From the human T2T-CHM13v2.0 reference genome, Homo sapiens, in assembly GCF_009914755.1 (NCBI RefSeq), contig NC_060932.1: a stretch of 64,000 bases of DNA; one strand, 5' to 3'. The notes under the pieces were generated by a model. That model worked only from the letters and a program-made list of their open reading frames with translations, was not told where the DNA came from and did no database searches. The first letter of the stretch is position 1; every line of letters starts with the position of its first letter. The translations under genes and the position numbers were made by a program. Positions 1-13,689 of the stretch are shown here, one piece after another.

Positions 1-128
1 ACTTAATCTTCCTTGAAGCAGAAGTCCTCTACTGAGCAATTTTAAAACATTGTTACATAACAAATGATAACATTTAAATCTTGTCATTCATCAGAATCTG
101 AGGAATTCTTAAATAGTAGTTAAATATC

Positions 129-510
129 TGTTAAGGGTTGAATTGTGTCCTTTCAAAATTCATATTAAAGTTTTAACCCCCAGTACCTCAAAATGTGACC
201 ATATTTGGAGTTGGGGTCTTTAAAGTGGTAATTAAGTTAAAATGACATCTTTAGGGTAGGTCGTAATCCAATATGACTGGTGTCTTTATAAGAAGAGACA
301 ATTAGAACATAGACTCACCCAGAGGGAAGACCCTGTGAAGACACCGGGAGAAGGTGGTCATCTACAAGTCAAAGGGAGAAGCCCCAGAAGAAACCAACCC
401 TACTGATGCCATGACTTTGGACTTCTAGCAATTGTCAAATAATACATTTCTGTCGTTTAAGCCACCCAGTCTGTGATACTTAGTTATGGCAGCCCTAGCA
501 AACTGATACA
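129..510 (+). mobile_element. MLT1B-like solo LTR (ERVL-MaLR)
   Basis: Starts TGTTAAGGGTTGAATTGTGTCC, ends GCAGCCCTAGCAAACTGATACA; 5-bp TSD ATATC/GTATC. Confidence 0.9.
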
Positions 511-2169
511 GTATCATAGCATTAAAACACAAGGTATTGATTTTATTTAATAATGGGGAAAAAAATCTACATGATAAAAGTTAGATACCTCATTTTTTTC
601 TTATCCTTCCTTTTGACTTAAACTAAAAATTCACAATTGTAACATCCAGCATATGCTCCATAAATGATTTACTTTTCTCCAGGAGATATATTCTGAGAAA
701 GTATTTAAAAATTGAAAATCTGGAAAGTCTTCTGCTCTTGAATCTGTTCCATAGCATGCTGACTAGAACTCCTAAATTCATGAGAGAAATACCTGTCTGA
801 TGCAAAGACAGATGGTGCCAAAAAAGAAAAAAATTCTGGAAAATACATATATGTGAAAAATAGCCACATTGCACCATACAATGAACCAAGTAAAGACAGA
901 AAATTAGATATAGGGACAGAAGAATGAAGGAAAGAAAGAAAAAAGAGAAGGAAGAAGAGACTGTAGGAAAGAAATAAAAAGGAAAGGGAGGAGGAAGAAG
1001 GGAAAGACATACTCTGGAAAAAATGAGAGAGAAAAAGAATATTAAATCATTTTTCTTCACTAAACATTACTAATAAAAGTTCATGGAGTTCTTCCAGAAT
1101 GGAAGTGTTTGTAAAGGTTGATAATAACGTTTTGGAGAAAATGGCCAATGTGCAAAAAGAAAAATGCTGTGAATGTTTATAAAATGACACATTTGGTTTG
1201 CTCAGTTTATTTGCAGAAGTTCTCATAACAGCATTGCACAGTAGAAAAAAACAGTAAACAGAGAAGTAGAAGGAGATTTCAGATATGATGACCTTTCAAA
1301 AAACTGTAATGCATAGAACATCAGAGACTTTTCCTTTCAATATTTGGTTTCAGCAATGTTGAGCCTTCCAAAGATTTGTACATATTGTTACCAATAACTG
1401 TTTAATTCTTTTTACTGACTGATAACAACACATGGCCATCCTGTTCTCCAGAGAACTTCCTCAAGCAAGCGGGAACCACCTTGGGTGTTCAAGGTTCTCA
1501 AGTGCATCAACCCAGCAGAGAGTGAGAAAGTGAGTGTATCTGGAGAGCGTTGCATTAAGAGAGATGGAACATAAAACTGAATAAGGGTGAGTTTGCTAAT
1601 ATGGGGACAATTTCCTCTATCACAGGGATTAATATCTTGGTTAGGGCCTTGGGTGAGGGATAGCTCCAGGAAGCTCAGAAAAAGCAGTGGCCCACATGAA
1701 ACAAAGATGCCAGATCTGCCATGGCAAATTAGTGGAGGAAGGGATCAAAAGGCTCAGAGTAGTGGGCATGCTGGAATAGGTTTACATATAAACCTGGAAA
1801 ATCCTGTAGGTGACCATGTTCAACTCCAGATACTTCTGAGTTTAAGGGAAATAAATTCAGAATTGAATCTCAGTCAGTACAACATTATCAAGTTCCCTCT
1901 TGACAGCATCTTTCTCCCAGGAATGACACAAGATGAAGATGAGTTGGGGTGATGGGAATAGATGTACCCTCCTAGTGCCTTCTTCTTGTCCTCAGAGGTT
2001 TCCACTGAGATATATTGCTTACTAGCCTAGGCTTCAAGTTTCAGATTATTGTCTCTATCATATAGTTTAGCACAATGTATCCACATTTTACTGGAAAAGG
2101 CCATCAAAATGGTGCTTTGTTTTCTAATGATATATCTGTTTGATAGCTAATTTTCTTCATATATTTAAA

Positions 2170-2853
<684 letters not shown>

Positions 2854-2931
2854 ATCTAGAGGATATTTATCAGGGTCCTATTCCTACCATAGACAAGCTG
2901 AAACAAAGAGAATCTTGAGCAAGGAAACGTA

Positions 2932-3026
2932 GACACATTAGTGGGTGCAGCGCACCAGCATGGCACATGTATACATATGTAACTAACCTGCACAATGTGC
3001 ACATGTACCCTAAAACTTAGAGTATA

Positions 3027-3066
<40 letters not shown>
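2932..3066 (+). mobile_element. L1HS-Ta 3' end, severely 5'-truncated, with A38 tail
   Basis: GAC-ACA-TTAGTGGGTGCAGCGCACCAGCATGG...CTTAGAGTATAAT; Ta-diagnostic ACA (2935-2937) and G (3020). Confidence 0.93.
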
Positions 3067-3068
<2 letters not shown>

Positions 3069-3074
3069 AAATGA

Positions 3075-3289
3075 ATGGAATGACATCACTTTGAGTCAGT
3101 AGCATCCTGACAAGGCAGCTCAATGCCATGAGCCCATGGTTGTGTGTCCTCTGAGCTTCTCCAGTTCTTGTCCATTCTCAGGCCCAGCTTTCCTGAATAA
3201 ATTTCCTATCTTTCCAATAAATTGACTTTGCTTAAGTTCAATGGGGTTAATTTCTGTTGACTGCAATCAAATCATGCTAATGAACACAA
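3075..3289 (+). mobile_element. Old MLT1-class LTR 3' part
   Basis: AATAAA...TTTCTGTTGACTGCAATCAAATCATGCTAATGAACACA resembles MLT1 LTR ends. Confidence 0.45.
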
Positions 3290-4229
3290 TGTTTAGTAAT
3301 ATCCTTTTTAAAGTTGTGTCTGAAATCTTTCATTTATAGTTCAAACTCTTTTTTGAGTTATTTCCTCAAACTCAAGGAGGAAAGTTGTTGTGGGGGGGCC
3401 ACAGCAACAAATGGGAAATTTAATTGGAAAATCCAATTCTGCTCTCCCTGGGCTACTTTAAACCACTAATGAACTGTAAGTTCACTAGGTACCACCTCCT
3501 TTTTTTATTCCATGCTGACTGACAAACCAGTCATTAAAGATCTACTTAGCCCTCTACCCCAGAGTCAGGGTGTCTGTTGCATTTTATCTTCAAAGTGTGT
3601 TGCATATGTAAGTGGAATAATCTACACAACAAGTATGGGTATTGCTGGAAATGTTATTAGCCCCATTTTAGAAAGTACAGCAATTAAATCTCTGCCCTTA
3701 GGTTCTCAAGGGAATACATGTTAAAAGATCCTGGCTACAATCCTTATATCACTCAACATAATCATGGCTCCCAGAATAAACACGGACATTCAGTATCCAC
3801 AGAGAAGGAATTTGAAAACAAACTTACTGAATAAATTTTATATAGGACCTTATTTTAAAATATAATAGACAATTTGTGTTACAAATTTATTTCACTTCCC
3901 TGAAAGATAAATTTTATATTTCTCCTTTCTAACACTGTTATCTAATTTCTTTTTATCTTTTTCTGGGAGAATACATTCCCTGGGAAGTTGTATTTACTAT
4001 CTTTGGTAAATGCAATTGTCAGGCCTTAGTTTTGATAAAAAGATTTATGAAATCTGTGAATCAAAACACTTAATATCTAGAATGAGCAAGAATACAATCC
4101 TGCTACACACACCCTTTGTAAGCATATATCTGAAGGAGTTGCATTCACTCGTGGTTATGACATATTTAGAACGTATATGAAATAGAGAAAATTGACCAGG
4201 CTGATAAATCAGATCAAAATCAGATATTT

Positions 4230-4470
4230 TATAGAGAAATTTGGGATGTTTAGCCTACAGAAATGTGAACCAGGTGGCATGATGGTAGTTTTCTTCAAGT
4301 ATTTAAATAAAAGAGATATTAGACCTTACCAATTTATCACCAGTTTGGGAAACCTACTGGCATAGGTCAGTTTTCTGAAGGTAGAGAATTCCCCACTACT
4401 AGGACTGTGCAAGCTAGGCATGCCCTAGGCACACAGGCATTTTTTTTTCATTCTGAGATGCTTTGACTCC
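4230..4470 (+). mobile_element. L3/CR1 LINE fragment
   Basis: TTGGGATGTTTAGCCTACAG...TTCAAGTATTTAAA corresponds to the CR1 RT C-terminal LGMFSL...FKYLK. Confidence 0.6.
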
Positions 4471-6749
4471 ATAACTCTTTTTGTTTTTTACTTAAATAGC
4501 TTCCACATCTGAATCTGAAACTCTGACTCTAAGTTAATGGGAGTCTAACTCTAAGTTTTATGGAATCTACATCATACAAAATAATTTGGGGCTAAAAGTT
4601 AATAATCTACAAAGATAAAAAAGCTCTAAGTATGTATCCTATTTGTAATGGTATTAAAAACCATAGTAATGCTGTCCTCAGATATTTAAGAGTATTGGGA
4701 AATGTATGCAGAATGAAATAAATTAAGTTTTAAGTTTAAAATAGTGGTACTAGAAATTTAAAAAGCCAACGGAGCAAACAAGTCCTCTTAACTTGAAATG
4801 AGGGCCCAAAATAGGCTTCAGGAAAAAGAAAAATATTTTATTTTCATTAACTTTAATTAAAAGCATGTTATAGATTTAATAGAGAAGGGAAAGAGAACAG
4901 AAAGAATGGATGAGTAGGAGGGGCAGTTTTTAATTAATCTATCCATGAAAATGGAGTGTCTTTACCATTGTAAGAAGCCCCTGTCTAAACAGATGCTGCC
5001 TTCACTTTCGGACATTAGAATAAGCCGCGCCAGTGGCTAGACTACAGCTTCCGCGAGCCTGCACATCTTTAAGAGGCAGCCCCAGGGATAAAGGCATTTG
5101 ATTTTATTTTTAACAAATGAAAGTTCTTTTTAAGACAAATTATATGCAATTTTTTTAATGTGTCTGTTGCCATATGCTAGAGGCTATATATCTAGGAATA
5201 TGTATTTGCATATCTATATGATCCCACTTTTTTTGAAAAAGTGTATAGAGATTTCACATTGATGGTTACCAAAGATTTATTTTTCTATAGAATTTGGAGA
5301 ATTCATTCCCAGACATTTCTTGGAGGGATGTATTCAAAGGTAATTTTAAATATTAAGTGATTTTTTTTCAAACTAAATATGATAAAATTGAAAGTACATT
5401 CAAATTAATTATAATAAAAATTCCCTCTAGCAAAAGAAGAAAAACATAGATTAAAATGTATCTATGGAGGCTTGATCATTAGGATTAAAGCCAAGCCAAA
5501 ATTAAGGCTATCTGGACAATGACACTAAAAAAGTTTTTTTAATGCATCTATAAAAATCCAGATGAGTTTTAAGTATCTTCCTATAAAGATATAAGAAACA
5601 GCAGATGAATTAATGGGGGGAAAAGGAACTAAGACTGATTTTTCAAAGAGATATACATTATTTTTAAAAGGATATTGTCCAAAACTTAATATTTAAGAAT
5701 TATAGTAGATTGATTAAGCTCTGTTCCACTTTTGGAGCTATAGTGGCATGACTAAGCTTGCTATTGACCAAAGTAGAATGACTCATTTATGAGGGTTTCC
5801 ATGGAGCCAGCCTAAGTATCAACATGTTTCATTTAACAAATCTCAAGGCAGAAAAACACCAATGATTAAAAAAACACAAATAGTTCTTCAAGTCTATTGT
5901 TATTCACAGTTGGAAAAGATCAACACTAAATGGTGTAATTTGGGGCCTGTGAAAGGGGTAGGGAGTGCAGGGGGAATTTGGAAACTTGGCAGAAATAATT
6001 CTCCTTAAATTCTGCCAGGAGAAACATAAATCTCCACTGTTACTCTCTTTTTTGATTTAGCACTTCGAGGATCCTGCACAAAACTGTGCAGCTTAGGAAA
6101 AATATAAAGTAGGCAGACGCTTCTGACATATAATTTGAGAAAAGTAAGCCCTCTCGTCTACCCCAAAAATATCTCTATAGCTAGTCTCAGATTTTGCACC
6201 CCATAATTAGATGCACATTCTTTCTTCGTTGTGAAGAGCTTTTGTGTTTGGTTGTCTTCTACAACTGAAAAATAATCCTGGGAAGAGTAAATCCACCAGT
6301 TAACATGTTAGAGAGAAGGAGTGACTAAATAAGGGAGTGAGAGGTCTGAAATCACAGAAAAGAGGAAAAGCACTAAGCAAGGTACACCCAAGAAAAATGT
6401 CAAACACTTCTCAGTTGTTCCTAGGGCTTTGTAAATTTATGTGCATGATATTGTCAGTAATAATAAGTCATACTATTTTAATACAGTCTATGTGACAATG
6501 TGTCAATCCCCTTACTTGGGAAGCAGATTTGAAGGGAATAGTCAAAATGCTCTCAAATGCTCCAAAAAACTTATCTTCCCTCATTTCTATAGACTTGAAC
6601 ACAAATTAGTTCACAAGTACCTATGTCTGCTAATTGAGGAAGAACATCAATTTGCCCAAAGTAATTCCAGACACTTGATTTTAAAAGAAGTACATTCAGA
6701 ATTTAATCTCAGTCAGTGCAAACGCTCCTCTTCCTCTTTGACCTCATCT

Positions 6750-7001
6750 TTTTTTTTTCTTTTGAGACGGAGTCTCACCCTGTTGCCCAGGCTGGAGTGC
6801 AGTACAAACCCGACTCACTGCAACCTCCACCTCCACCTCCCGTTCCTCAATCACCCAAGTATTGGGATTACAGGCATGCGCCACCATGCCTGGCTAATTT
6901 TATTTTCTTTCTTTCTTTCTTTCTTTCTTTCTTTCCTTCCTTCCTTCCTTCCTTCCTTCCTTCCTTCCTTCCTTCCTTCCTTCCTTCCTTCCTTCTTTCC
7001 T

Positions 7002-7082
<81 letters not shown>

Positions 7083-7377
7083 CCTTCTTTTTTTTTGAGA
7101 CGGAGTCTCACTCTGTCGCCCAGGCTGGAGTGCATTGGTGTGATCTCGGCTCACCGCAAGCTCCGTCTCCCGGGTTCATGCCATTCTCCTGAATCAGCCT
7201 CCTGAGTAGCTGGGACTACAGGCACCCGCCACCACGCCAGGCTAATTTTTTGTATATTTACTAGAGACGGGGTTTCATCATGTTGGCCAGGATGGTCTCA
7301 ATCTCTTGACCTCGTGATCCACCCACCTCGGCCTCCCAAAGTGCTGGGATTACACGCGTGAACCACTGTGCCCAGCC
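6750..7377 (-). mobile_element. Compound Alu: one left arm and two right arms separated by a microsatellite
   Basis: Right arm 6750-6904, repeat 6905-7095, AluY-type right arm plus AluSc-type left arm 7096-7377; shared TSD ACCT(C/T)ATCTTT. Confidence 0.9.
6905..7095. repeat. (TTTC)n(TTCC)15(TTTC)n compound microsatellite
   Basis: Directly visible; 15 consecutive TTCC at 6933-6992. Confidence 0.98.
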
Positions 7378-7867
7378 TAACCTTATCTTTGCTCGGTAGC
7401 AATGTGAGATGAGGCTGGTGAGGTCACAGAAGGGACGATGCTTTACATAGCTTCTTGATATGGGCAAAGGATGCTCTATCCCAATGCCCCCTCTGGTGCT
7501 CAAAGGCTTCCACCGCTAAAGTAGAGTTTCTCTATCTCAGTCTTCAGGCTCTCAGATTATTGTCTGTATCATAGACTTTAATTGTCCATTTGGAAACTTA
7601 AAGATAAGCAATACCTCTTTAATTCCCAGCTGAATTCTCCATCACTATATTGATTCTGAGGGTGAAAGCCCAGGGCAAGTATTAGTAGATTATCTCTGTT
7701 AATACTGCACAAGGATTCTTCCACTACACATGCATTATCTTTCTTAAATTTATCCAAGGTTAAATGGTTAGTGAGTGAAAAGTCTGGGATTTTACCCAGG
7801 TGGGACCTACTGCAGAGCCTGGGCTCTTACTTATCCCTCTGTTATAGTGTCACTCAGAGGAAAAGCA

Positions 7868-8460
<593 letters not shown>

Positions 8461-8690
8461 CAAGAACAACAAAACATCATCCACTATTAACACTTCAAGT
8501 TTTTCTCTGATTACATTCAGTGATTGATTAATTTCCATGATTTAACAAAAGTCTAGGACACAGAAAAGCAAAGAAAAGAAGGAGAGAGGAAAAAATCTAT
8601 CTCCAAAAATTACTCTTAAGGGGATACTCTAGGGAAATGCTAAAATGGGGGACATGGAAACCTTCCTGTCACTATTCAGGGATGGTATGC

Positions 8691-9192
8691 AGTTAGGAAG
8701 ACAATTCTCTATGTGTCTCTTACATTTCTGTGCTTGTAAGAACAGCCACTGATGGCCCTTGCTCTGGACTCTGTTTCACAAATGTTTGTATAGCAAACAT
8801 CCTTGGGTGATAGAGATAGTGCCTCCCTCTAAAGAGAAGGTAGATTTGTTTACTGTCAAATATAATTTGGATAATGTCTTCTTCCAGGGCAAAAGTTGGG
8901 CAGGTTTGCTTATAGTGCATTAGGAATTATTTAGATTTTCTAAGCTTAAGTTTCCTTAGTGGAGACACAAACCTATTATATATGCAGCATCTACCTGGGC
9001 CATTCTACTCCCCTGACCTGGGGAACAGACATGAACATTATGCTCATGATGCTTTTTGTCCTGTGAGTAATAAAGTCCCTTGTCTCTGATCCAGGAGTCT
9101 CATGTCCTCTGCCAGTATTTATGAAACTGTGGCAGGCTATCTTGTGAGTTTGCAAGTAGATTAAAATCTCAGACCCTTCACAGTTCTTGACA
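8691..9192 (+). mobile_element. ERVL solo LTR (LTR40-like)
   Basis: GGAAGACAATTCTCTATGTGTCTC start, AATAAA, and end AAATCTCAGACCCTTCACAGTTCTTGACA. Confidence 0.7.
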
Positions 9193-9371
9193 CCCATAAT
9201 ATCCTGTTCTTGGCTTAATGTAGTACTTAAGATAATATAATTCTGTTTTAGCCTAATAATATCTACCACGGGTTTATAAACTGAAAATAGTGTATCAGTC
9301 AGCTTAGACTAAATTATGGTATGGTAACAAACAAACTCAAAATAGTAGTGACTTTAAACTTTGGAATATTG

Positions 9372-9549
9372 ATAAATATTTAACAGTAAGCTTTCCAGGA
9401 ATAAAAGCCCTGACTGACTGTATTTGCCAATTTCCATAGTGTACATATTCCCACCTTTCCCAATGTTAAGCTACTAATATGACATCATCTAATGCAGAGT
9501 TGAGAGGAGATGAGCACAATTACATACAAGCCAGCTCCAGCACACCCAT
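9372..9549. mobile_element. MER63-like hAT-Blackjack fragment
   Basis: End AAGCCAGCTCCAGCACACC resembles the MER63 TIR. Confidence 0.5.
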
Positions 9550-9571
9550 GGCTTTATAAGAACAGAGGTTT

Positions 9572-9870
<299 letters not shown>

Positions 9871-10201
9871 AAGAACAGAGGTTTATTTCTTGCCAATGAT
9901 ACATGCTCTTTGCAGTTCAGCTTCAACCCTGCACCAGGTCATCTTTATTCCAGGATATAGGCTGAAAAAGCAGCTCTTCTCTGTGTCATGCCATTTGTGT
10001 GGCAGAGAGAAAAGGGTAAGACCAGAGCCATAGAATGACTCTTAATGGTTCTATTCGGAAATGGCATAAATGACTGTTATTCACATTTTATTGGTTAAAG
10101 CAGATCACCTGGCCAAGATTGAGGTCAATGGGTTGAGAAGTATACTCTGGTCAAGACAGACCCAGTTAAGAGGGATAGCAAAATTATGACATTAATACTA
10201 T

Positions 10202-10777
10202 TGTGATGGTTAATTTTAGGCATCCACTTGATTGGATTGAGGGATGCCTAGATGACTGATATTGTATCTGGGTGTGTTTGTGAGGGTGTTGCCAGAGGAG
10301 ACTGACATTTGACTTGGTGGAGTGGGAGAGGAAGACCCACGCTCAGTGTGGGTGAACACCATCCAATCAGCTGCCAGTGGTGCTAGAACAAAGCAGGTGG
10401 AAGAAAGTAGAATAAATTTCCTTGCTAAGCTTTCCGGCTTACTTTTCTTCTTCCTTTGCCAGACACTTGTTTCTGCTCCTCCTGCCATTATACTCGGACT
10501 CCAGGTTCTTCAACCTTTGGACTCTGAGGCTTGCACCAGTGGCTTCCCAGGGGCTTTTAGGCCTTTGGCTGCAGACTGTAGGCTGCACTGTTGGCCTCTC
10601 TGGTTTTGAGTTTTTGGACTTGGACTGAGCGACTGCTGGCTTCTCTCTTTCACCAGCTTCAGATGGCCTATCATGGGACTTCACCTTGTAATAGTGTGAG
10701 CCAATTCTCTGTAACAAACTCCCTTTTATATATACATATATCCCATTGGTTCTATTCCTCTGGAGAACCCTAACACA
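10202..10777 (+). mobile_element. MLT2A-type (HERV-L) solo LTR
   Basis: TGTGATGGTTAAT...TGATTGGATTGAGGGATGC...TCTGGAGAACCCTAACACA; TSD ACTAT/ATTAT. Confidence 0.88.
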
Positions 10778-11412
10778 ATTATCTATAACAATGTGCAACA
10801 CATCTTATTTCTTCTTGAACCCATGCTATCCAACACAATGCTTTATGCAGTTACTCCTCAGTTAATGAAAGACTAAACAATGAATTAGTTACAGTCTTTG
10901 TCTTTATCTTTATCTTTTTTTATTTTTTGTTTTGTTAGTTACAGTCTTTAATAATAATGTTAGAAAAGTAGGCTAAGATGTTTGTTGTAAGACTAGCAAA
11001 CATCATAATTTGAACTTTGTTATTTTTTCCCCAGTATCTTCCCAGAGGTTGCACAGCCCTCTCAGTGGAATGCTGCATATCTAGAGGTTAAGACCGTTAA
11101 CATGTTAGTATTGTCAATTCAACGAAAATTTTTTGAACCCATATTCTGAGTCAGACATTGTTTTAGACTTGGGGATTAACAGCAATGAAAAAAAACACCA
11201 AACTTATTGCTCTCATTGAACTTAAAATCTATCAGAAGATATATCATATGCAAATAAGCAAATTACAGGTAATACGTCATTCTATAAGTTCTATGAAGAA
11301 AAAACAAGCATTTAACAAATATTTATAAACATTTATGAACCCACAAACAAGAGCATGAAGGGAGACTCCTCTATATTATTGTTTTTATTAGCAATTAAAT
11401 CTTCACATAGCA

Positions 11413-12532
11413 GGCCAGACGTGGTGGCTCATGCCTGTAATCCCAGCACTCTGGAAGACTGAGGCGGGTGGATTGCTTGCACTCATGAATTTGAGACCAT
11501 TGTGGGCAACATGGTGAAACCCTGTCTCTACAAGAAATACAAAAATTAGCTGGGCGTGGTGGTGCACACCTGTAGTCTCAGCTATTTGGGAGGCTGAGAT
11601 GAGAGTGACAGAGGCAGGAGGCAGATGGGGCAGGTCCCTGGAAAAACCCCACCTTCAAGCAAAAAAGCCTGGAACTCACAGCCCAAAGTGAGAACTTCTA
11701 TTCCTGTTTGCCCACTCTCCCCTGATTGGGTCTTTCTGAATAGTGCCCTTTTACCAATTGAATGTTGCCTTTTCCAAAACTACCTATAGCCCACCATGCC
11801 CCCCATACCATCCTGTGCCTATAAAGACCCCAGACTCAGTCAATAGAGGGGAATGATGGCTGGATGTAGAGGAGAGGCAACTTAACTTCAGACAGGAGGT
11901 TGGACTTTGCAGGACGAGCCAGCTGGACTTTGGGGAGAAGACTAACTGCCCTTCCTCTCCCTTTCCAACTCCCCTGTCCACTGAGAGCCACTTTCATCAC
12001 TCAATAAAATTCTCCACATTCACTGTCCTTCAATTGGCCTGTGTGACCTCATTTTTCTTGGGCACCAGACAAGAGTTCAGGACCCACTGAGTGCAGGTAC
12101 TCAAAAATGCTGTCACACTGGCCCTTGACCTCAGCGGCAGTGGGCAGCTGCCCCACGTGACAAGGAAAGGGGCCAACTGAGCTGATAACACACCACTGTC
12201 CATGGATAGCGGAACTAAGAGAGCATTGTAACATGTCTTCTGGGCTTCAGGGTCTCAGGCACCCCCACCTGGGCACCGCCATGGGCCCCACACAGAACTT
12301 GCTCTTGCTAATGACTGGAACAGCCCATACTCATTCACTCACGTGTTCCTTCCCACAAGGGGTTGAGCACAGCTGGCCAAGTAAATGGGGCACCCCATCT
12401 CAAGTGTGACAAAGAGGTCACAAAAAATCTTGCATCAAGAGGATAGCTTGAGCCCAAGAGGCAAAGGTTACAGTGAGCCAAGATCTTGGCATTGTAGTCC
12501 AACCTGGGTGACAGAGTCAGACTCTATCTCAA

Positions 12533-12540
<8 letters not shown>
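11413..12540 (+). mobile_element. AluJ/S split by an ERV1 LTR
   Basis: Alu 11413-11605 resumes at 12442; TSD AAATCTTCA(CA/TG)TAG flanks the element plus its (TA)n tail. Confidence 0.9.
11606..12437 (+). mobile_element. ERV1 solo LTR (LTR27/LTR28/MER52 group)
   Basis: TG...CA ends, perfect 4-bp TSD AGAG, TATAAA at 11820, AATAAA at 12003. Confidence 0.85.
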
Positions 12541-12563
<23 letters not shown>

Positions 12564-12567
12564 CATG

Positions 12568-12599
<32 letters not shown>

Positions 12600-12605
12600 T
12601 ATATA
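12541..12605. repeat. (TA)n microsatellite
   Basis: Directly visible. Confidence 0.97.
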
Positions 12606-13689
12606 AAATCTTCATGTAGTAAAGAGTATGAAGTTACACAGATTTCTTAATGTGTATAAACTGTGACTTTGATAGGAATAATTTCCTGCTTGTTTTTATT
12701 GTTTGGAAGTAATTAAATCTGCATTAAATACAGAATTTGCAGTGTGGTTTCACAAATAATATGTGGATTCTGCCTAACTCTCTTTATTTCTAGTTTTAAA
12801 AGTTTAAGCAGGTGCTTTTTTTAAGATTTCTATTTCATTTTTCTTTTCAAGTTTTTTTCTTTTGAGGTTCTATTTCACATTTTTACCATCTAATCAACTT
12901 GCTCTCATTTCCAATGATCTAAAGAATAAAAAATAATGTGTTCAATATGTTCATCATTTGAATATATATTTTATCAGAAAAATACAATAAATATAAAAGT
13001 TAAAATAATTTTCACTCATGTTTTCAAAAATGTTCTATTTCTTCTAAAATGTCTAGAGTTATATTATATGCCTAATTGCCAATGTAAATAATTGATATTA
13101 TGCTTCATATTTCATTTTTAGATCTATTTATACTCAAATGTAAGAGTAAATATAAATTGTTTAACATTGTAGAATCTTTCTCAGACCCAGCTGCGACTAT
13201 TGCAGATTTCAGCTAATTCTTGTGTCCCTCCAGAACTATGAACAGGAACAGAAAAAAGGCAAGCAAATAGATGCAGAGCACCCCTGGAAATCATACTTCA
13301 TTATGCAAGAATTTATTGTATTCATGCTATCTGAGAGGGAGTATTTGAGAAGTTAATTACTTTGTCTTTTCTCTTACTTAAGTGCTTCCACTGCTCTAAT
13401 TCTGCTGTCCTTTGAAGTCATGTCAATCTCTGATGTTGGCAGCAATGCAATCCACAAATATTCACAGCATTTATATATAATTGCTTTTTATTTTGAAGAC
13501 ATAAATGAAACATATAACAAGACATTTCCCAGGGGACTAACAATGTTAGTTACAAGAGCATATGTTTAGAGTGGGGATGTGTTGTGCCAGTAGGGAGAAA
13601 TGGCTTCTGAGTGACAAAGGTACCTGTGTGTCCTTTAATACATCTATTTTTTTATGTCTTTGTAATACATGGGAACCTGTAAGGAATGA

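Noticed and set aside
623-1060. Hydrophobic Phe/Leu/Ser-rich ORFs suggesting a membrane protein
   Set aside because: Antisense of a GA-rich low-complexity tract; no recognisable homology
6441-7205. 254-aa ORF and overlapping Lys/Glu/Arg-rich ORFs
   Set aside because: Read-through of Alu and TTTC/TTCC microsatellite sequence
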